In this document: positions 56,346 through 64,000 of the stretch, in pieces
Layout: every line of letters begins with the position of its first letter
Position numbering within the stretch: position 1 is the stretch's first letter
Source: Eledone cirrhosa
Taxonomy: Eukaryota
Length of the DNA: 64,000 nucleotides
Reading direction: 5' to 3'
Assembly (NCBI GenBank): GCA_964016885.1
Contig: OZ024751.1
Span: forward strand, 25,854,001-25,918,000
Position numbers and translations under genes: made by a program
The notes under the pieces: model-generated
The model's input: the letters and a program-made list of their open reading frames with translations, nothing else
What the model was told of the DNA's origin: nothing
Databases searched by the model: none

Positions 56346-56518
56346 ATTGGTACGTGTGCCGTGTAGATTTGTTTGTGTTTCTCTTTAATATTTGGCACTA
56401 AAGCAGCTGTAGAGTTGTGGCAGTAATTGGATACATGAAAGTTTCCTGGTTTTACCAATTTACAATGTCGTCGAACTGTTATTGAGAAAAAGTAATTTGC
56501 TAAAGTGGTATAACTATT

Positions 56519-56633
<115 letters not shown>

Positions 56634-57483
56634 ATAGATATATGTATATATCTATGTATATATGTATATATATTCATATATATATATATGTAAAAATACA
56701 AATATAAATTATCGAGAATCGCATTTTGGCCTATGAAATAACGAAAAACAACCTCCGAGATGTGTGGCAAGTGCTCAATGGTTCAGAAGAACCAGAGCTC
56801 AACATACGTTAAAGGCCAAACACACTGAAACGATGGTTAAACAATCATCCGCACAACCAAATCAACGATCAAGTAATTCGGGTCAAACAAATAAAAATAT
56901 ATGTGATTGAAAATTTACCCGGACCCCTGGAAGGTTGGTAAAATCCAGCATTTGGGTTTCTGCGAGTCCTAAATCAAGTACTGTCCGCTTACATAAAAAA
57001 TGTTAGGCTTCTGGTAAGATGATTCATCAGTAAATATCTGTTTTCACTTATCTACATCTGACTTTGCAAGCCAAGTAACTAATAATGCTATCTGCATCTA
57101 ATGATATCACCAGGATCTTAGGTAACCAATTCATTGAAATATATATAGTGATTTTTTAAAAAATAAAACTTTAATAAATAAAACTTTAATCTCCAGTCAG
57201 GCCTCCTGTTGCTTTTTTTTAAAATAAATATTTAACTCCGTCTTGCACCAACCACGCGTTTCAACATCAACTATGGATGAGTTGCATAACGTAGATACCT
57301 TTTTCTGCTATTACATCGTGGTTAACTAAACGGAATGGACCACAAAACATAAATGAATAAATATATATATAAATATATATATATATTGGATGCTAAGACG
57401 AAAATAATCTAAAAGCTTATAGTATTTATGCTCATGAGCATACTGAGGAACTTCACTTGCATACCATGCAAAAGCGGAGTTCG

Positions 57484-57526
57484 GTCCTTTGAAGATGGTT
57501 AAAGAACCAGAAACGGCCGTCAGGGT
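57484..57526 (+). ncRNA. Minimal type I hammerhead (U3 variant)
   Basis: GTCCT-TTGAAGA-TGGTT(aaag)AACCA-GAAACGGCCGTC^AGGGT; palindromic stem III. Confidence 0.72.
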
Positions 57527-57764
57527 GCTGTACCTTGGTTGCTAAAGACCAGTAGCCAAATTCACCATTTCTAAAGTGTATAGCAAGACTGTAAAAATGT
57601 TTATTTACATGAAAATTTCATGTTATTTGATATACAACCCCAGTAATATATTACTCTTTTACTCTTTTACCTGTTTCAGCCATCCGGCTGAGGCCATGCT
57701 GGGGCTCCGCCCTATATACATATATAAATACAAACATATATTGTTATACTTTTATGCTACCAAT

Positions 57765-57950
57765 ACAAACACACACACCTGTTGGTTTACACTTCAACTT
57801 ATGAATTTCCGGCTGGTTGTATCAATAACCGGTTGGTTGTTTATATATTGTCAAAGCTCTTTCGTCACACATTCTGTGACCTCCTCAGTGACTGAATTTT
57901 TATTTCATGTCTCTCCATTGTTCTGTCCTACACCACCTTGTTTTTGTGTA
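57765..57950 (-). mobile_element. Hammerhead element family C (HHR at 57850-57892)
   Basis: RC: GTCA-CTGAGGA-G-GTCACA(gaatg)TGTGAC-GAAA-GAGC-TT^TGAC. Confidence 0.8.
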
Positions 57951-58253
57951 TTATATATATATATATATATATATTAATATAGAGGGTAACAATATATCGT
58001 TAAAGGTAATCCGATGAGAGCTTGTGAAAACTACTTATGATGGATAGTTTAAGCGGACACAAGAGATTTACGTGGGTGACGAGTAAAGACTTCACTTGTT
58101 TTCCTGTGTAAGTATATCTTGGAGTAATAAAAATGTGAAGAATAACATGGTCAACATTATAAACAAGGAGATTTATTTACGGGAGCTTCCAACCGACATG
58201 GTTGCATTCTTTAAGGGTATGTCAATATTTGTTTATAAAACTGATCTATATTA

Positions 58254-58318
58254 TATTTTATCTGATGAAAGCGCACCATAATTTGCTTTGGTGTCCTTGA
58301 AATATGTATAATGAAATA
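58254..58318 (+). ncRNA. Type I hammerhead ribozyme (related to 15013-15083)
   Basis: TATTTTAT-CTGATGA-[AAGCGCACCA...TGGTGTCCTT]-GAAA-TATGTA-TA^ATGAAATA; downstream tail also present inverted near 50895-50945. Confidence 0.8.
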
Positions 58319-58453
58319 AATATGGTTTTATAAATATAAATATAGTTTCCATTTGTTAATATATTGTATTTTTACTCCAAAAATTTGTTGAGTGCTTTAT
58401 ATCAGTTATAAAAATATTTGCTTGTTGTATCCCAGCTATTTAAATATAACTTC

Positions 58454-58498
<45 letters not shown>

Positions 58499-58503
<5 letters not shown>

Positions 58504-58690
58504 AACGAGTAGGACCCCGACGGCTGAGCTCAAGCCGTTTCGACGGCTAATTCAGTCCAGAATTAGCCGTCGAAACGGCTTGAGCTCAGCCGTCGGGGTC
58601 CTACTCGTTCCTATTACCCACTCTACTACCCTACGTATTGAGTACTTTGGTGCGTTATGGTCCACCTGGTTCTTTACCACATTTCCTTCG
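58499..58690 (+). mobile_element. Fold-back element family B
   Basis: Perfect 55-bp arms 58499-58614, loop AGTCCA; (TA)n on both sides. Confidence 0.85.
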
Positions 58691-58717
58691 ATATATATAT
58701 ATATATATATATATATA

Positions 58718-58829
58718 CCCTACGCTATAGTCCATGAAATATATGGTACTCAATACATAGCAGAGTATATAAGTTTTAATATAGAAGAGCTTCTACAGGA
58801 CTAGAAGGGTTTCATTCGTGAGAAATCAT
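58718..58829 (-). mobile_element. Family A element, hammerhead truncated inside the core by (TA)n
   Basis: Matches 63313-63398. Confidence 0.75.
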
Positions 58830-59048
58830 ATATATATATATTCCTAATTCAAAGAGGGACTGGTTGGATATAAAAAAAAGAGAGTAGTTTACTTATACTA
58901 GTATGTACCAATGTACAAAACTACAACACAAAGCGTCATATAAGTATATTATATTTTTGTTTTTACTTTGACAAGAAGCATGTTCTAGTAGTAGAAAACT
59001 TCAGGAAATCTAGAAAAATCTAGAAAAAATGTGAAATCTCTCTCCCTC

Positions 59049-59138
<90 letters not shown>

Positions 59139-59190
59139 CTATATATATTTATATATATATATACAGTATATATGTGTGAGTGTGTATGTT

Positions 59191-59260
<70 letters not shown>

Positions 59261-59503
59261 AAAAGTTCAAAACTCGGATTCTCATTTTAAAATCTCATCA
59301 ATATTGAAAACACGATCTCTTAGCTGTGTTGTTATTTGTGTATTTAAATTTATTTCAAAATAATATATCATTATAGATTGTGGTTTTTATAAAAACCTTC
59401 TGTACGTTTTCTGTTAGAAATTTGCATGGAATCGTGATGGAGTCTTTTACTGAAGAAACAAAAGGCAGTTCAGATATTATTCATTATATATAAATATATA
59501 TAA

Positions 59504-59659
<156 letters not shown>

Positions 59660-59715
59660 TATATTAAACATATATATATATATGTAGATATGTAAATATA
59701 TATATGTATATATGT

Positions 59716-59748
<33 letters not shown>

Positions 59749-59769
59749 TATATGTATATGTATATATGT

Positions 59770-59817
<48 letters not shown>

Positions 59818-60044
59818 ATGTATATGTATATGTATACTGGTGTGTGTATGCTCATATATGAATGTGTATAGGTATACATACATAGATTGTATATATAATT
59901 GAAATAATGCAGTACATGCAGTGTGTTGAAGTTTTTAAGAATATGTCTTATTTTTTATTTTCATTTTTAAAGAGTTAATATGTCTATACATACACACATG
60001 TGTATGTATGTATATATATATACACACATATATATATATATATA

Positions 60045-60452
60045 TATATTTCGTTTCTGAATTTGTTTAGCAAGATTCTTTATCTGAAAACGTGTGTTGA
60101 AACCGATATTGTTATACTTTGGGAGGGTCATGTTGCCAATAAGAAACACACGCACCAGTTGCCTTCACTTCAATTTATTATAATAAATTTAAAAATTTCT
60201 CAACAAGATGGCGTAGGACAGAACAAAGGAGAGGCACAAAAACAAAGAAAAGAATCCCCAGTCACTGAAGAGGTCACAGAATGTGTGACGAAAGAACTTT
60301 GACAATATATAAACAAACATCTGGTTGTGGAACCAACCAACCAGCCGGAAATTTATAAATTCCTAAAATTATAAATTTATTATAATAAATTAAAGTGAAA
60401 GCAACTGGTGCGTGTGTTTCTTATTGGCAACATGACCCTCCCAAAGTATAAC
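60045..60452 (+). mobile_element. Family C element with inverted tail (HHR at 60261-60303)
   Basis: 60107-60190 is the reverse complement of 60373-60455; GTCA-CTGAAGA-G-GTCACA..TGTGAC-GAAA-GAAC-TT^TGAC. Confidence 0.85.
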
Positions 60453-60453
60453 A

Positions 60454-60562
<109 letters not shown>

Positions 60563-60571
60563 TATATATAC

Positions 60572-60660
<89 letters not shown>

Positions 60661-60857
60661 AAGAGACTTTTTCTTAAAATAAGTAACATTGAATCCAAAC
60701 GCTCGCGCATATAATATATATGTATGTGTGTGTCTGCGTGTTTACGTGTGTGTCTGTGGGTGTAGGTGTGTGTCTGTATTTGTGTGTAAGTTATTCAGAT
60801 GTGAAGTAATCACTATTACATAACAACCAACATTGCTATTTCAAAGCACCAATACTA

Positions 60858-61180
<323 letters not shown>

Positions 61181-61191
61181 TATATATATAC

Positions 61192-61586
<395 letters not shown>

Positions 61587-61627
61587 AGAAAGAATAGAAT
61601 CAGTGTTGCGACGAAAGGAATTTATTG

Positions 61628-61722
61628 GACATATTACAATTGTTTCTCGGGCAACCAGCTCGAGGCACGATCGATGTGGCGATCACACCTGACTCTGAAA
61701 TTGCGCGGTCCTCGGATACGTC
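61628..61722 (-). ncRNA. Type I hammerhead-like motif with CCGAGGA core and about 62-nt stem II
   Basis: RC: GACGTAT-CCGAGGA-[C..long hairpin..A]-GAAACAATTGTA^ATATGTC; 7-bp stem I. Confidence 0.72.
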
Positions 61723-61854
61723 TCGATTCTACGAAGCAGATTTACCTACCGCATACGGACGCTTTAAGCATCCAACACCAATTATATATATATATATATA
61801 TATGTGTATATAATTATGAAAAAATTGTAACTGGCTTTTACATTTACAGATCTG

Positions 61855-61968
<114 letters not shown>

Positions 61969-62088
61969 ATGTATGTATATATGTAAAAGGTAAACAGAAA
62001 TAACAACGCAATCGGAATATATTAGGGTATACATATATATACATGCATACATACATGCATACATACATGTATATATACATACATATAC

Positions 62089-62183
<95 letters not shown>

Positions 62184-62314
62184 GATAAATCTACCAAGAG
62201 TTTACGGTAGTGTCCAATCCGTATGAAGAACTCAATGTAATCCGGATATCATGGAAAGAAGAGATGCAATGAAAAATCACTTTCGGTGAAAGATAAACGG
62301 AATACAGAGTCAAG

Positions 62315-62443
62315 ATAAAATATTAAAAAAATAATGAATAAAACAATGAAACAGTTCCTTATACTAAACAAAAATCGTTAAATAATGAACTTTTTTTGTT
62401 TAATATAAGGAACTGTTTCATTGTTTTATTCATTATTTTTTTA

Positions 62444-62452
<9 letters not shown>
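62315..62452. repeat. AT-rich hairpin (about 60-bp arms) abutting (TA)n
   Basis: ...GAAACAGTTCCTTATA... / ...TATAAGGAACTGTTTC... Confidence 0.85.
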
Positions 62453-62490
<38 letters not shown>

Positions 62491-62693
62491 CAGTGTTGAA
62501 ATGAAAGCTGTCAATATGTTGCAACTGTTTAAAGTAGGGAATTAGAAGCTTTGCTGTCGAATTGACTCAAGTCGGAATAGTTAAGAGCAGTTAATATCAG
62601 AGAGAGCTTCTTCTTACTCACCAATCACCTGTTTTTATTATACACTGTAACAATTACTTTCATATATATATATATATTTGCATGAGTAAGTAT

Positions 62694-62741
<48 letters not shown>

Positions 62742-62939
62742 TTATTTGTTTTCCTTCATAAGTTTTGTTGCTGAGAAAGAAGACATTCTTTAAAGGTTAA
62801 TTGTCATCGTCAACAGAATATAAAATACGCATCAAACAAAACTCTATACACACAATCAAACGCATGCGCAAAGAAGACAAAATAAAATAAACAAATAAAT
62901 AAATATATAAACAGACTAAATAAAGATTGCGTAGAAAAT

Positions 62940-63206
62940 ACAATGCAACGGGAGGAAACAATAGCACCACTGACGTGTTGCAGATGTGCAACGAAAGAAC
63001 TTTGATAAACAATATATATATGTGTTTGTGTCTATATTGTATCTGTATTTTTGACCGTTGGTCAGTCAATGGCAACATTGAGGACCGAATAAATTAGATT
63101 ACCGATATAAAAGACACAGAAGCGAAAAGCGAAAACCAACCAAACAGTGAGTGTGTTCTGTTATTAATTCTGGCAATATTACTCAAATATGACCCTCCCC
63201 AAGTAT

Positions 63207-63210
<4 letters not shown>
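62940..63210 (+). mobile_element. Diverged family C element (HHR-like at 62966-63006)
   Basis: CTGACGT-GTTGCA(gatg)TGCAAC-GAAA-GAAC-TT; tail ATGACCCTCCCCAAGTATAACA+(TA)n. Confidence 0.65.
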
Positions 63211-63272
<62 letters not shown>

Positions 63273-63275
<3 letters not shown>

Positions 63276-63408
63276 TTATTCCGGGTTGAATCGGAGGTAA
63301 CCACAGTAAGTAAGGTACTCAATACATAGCAGAGTATAAAAGTTTAAATATAGAAGAGCTTCTACAGGACTAGAACTGTTTCATTCGTGTGAAATCATCA
63401 GGAAGCTC
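63273..63408 (-). mobile_element. Family A element with intact hammerhead (63356-63408)
   Basis: RC: GAGCTTC-CTGATGA-T-TTC(acac)GAA-T-GAAACAG(ttctagtc)CTGTA^GAAGCTC, then about 80-nt tail and (TA)n. Confidence 0.88.
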
Positions 63409-63507
63409 ATATATATATAAACACATATATACATACGTATTTAAATATATAAACATATATACATATGTGTAAATATACACTTATATATACATAGTTATAC
63501 ATACATT

Positions 63508-63577
<70 letters not shown>

Positions 63578-63578
63578 T

Positions 63579-63968
63579 ATGGTGGCTGCCAATTCGTTTT
63601 CGAGTACGGCCACTATTTTAGGAACCCCTACCGATGCGCTGAACGAGTGTGACTTTTTAGTCCAGCCAGCGACTTGAAAACTCTGGTACAAACACTACAC
63701 TTGTGACAATTATTGACACATAGTGCTGGTACCATGGTACCATGTGACGACAAGTGCAGAGAGATCTCCAGATATAAAGCAATGCCTGTGCCGTGAAGCT
63801 TTTATAGTGAGCAAAGGCACTGCACAAAGCCAGTCCCACTCTCTTAACCAAGATGATATTTACCAAAAGAAGAACAAGTCAACATCATTGGATACCATCA
63901 GGGTTGCAGGTGTTATAACAGAGTTTTCCTTCTCCTAGAATTCTGCCTTGACAACGGCTAAGGGGTCA
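63579..63968 (-). mobile_element. Bipartite RTE-derived element
   Basis: Near-identical to 20211-20584. Confidence 0.78.
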
Positions 63969-64000
63969 TACATACATACACACATACATACATATACACG

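Noticed and set aside
58005-58040. CCGATGAG...GAAAAC hammerhead candidate
   Set aside because: Stem II does not pair and there is no proper stem III or NUH site

Overview
This window is non-genic (or deeply intronic) eukaryotic DNA. It is AT-rich and saturated with microsatellites: (TA)n, (CA)n, (GA)n, (TAGA)n, (CATA)n, (GAA)n, (TAC)n, (GGT)n. The repeat profile suggests an octopus/coleoid cephalopod genome (inference, not verified). No intact host gene is recognisable, and almost all ORF-track entries are translations of simple repeats. The real content is mobile DNA: a decayed L1/Tx1-clade LINE (APE+RT) plus a second APE fragment, CR1-group LINE fragments, RTE 3' ends and bipartite RTE-derived non-autonomous elements, R4/Dong-like RLE fragments in (CATA)n, a Penelope-like RT/GIY-YIG fragment, about a dozen tRNA-derived SINEs, a Helitron, and Tc1- and piggyBac-type MITEs. 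The most striking unannotated signal is about 14 complete or decayed type I hammerhead ribozyme motifs plus several half-motifs, from roughly 10 sequence families. They sit in short elements ending in (TA)n, often with fold-back inversions whose junctions fall in or next to the ribozyme stems. All structures were derived by eye and need computational and biochemical confirmation.
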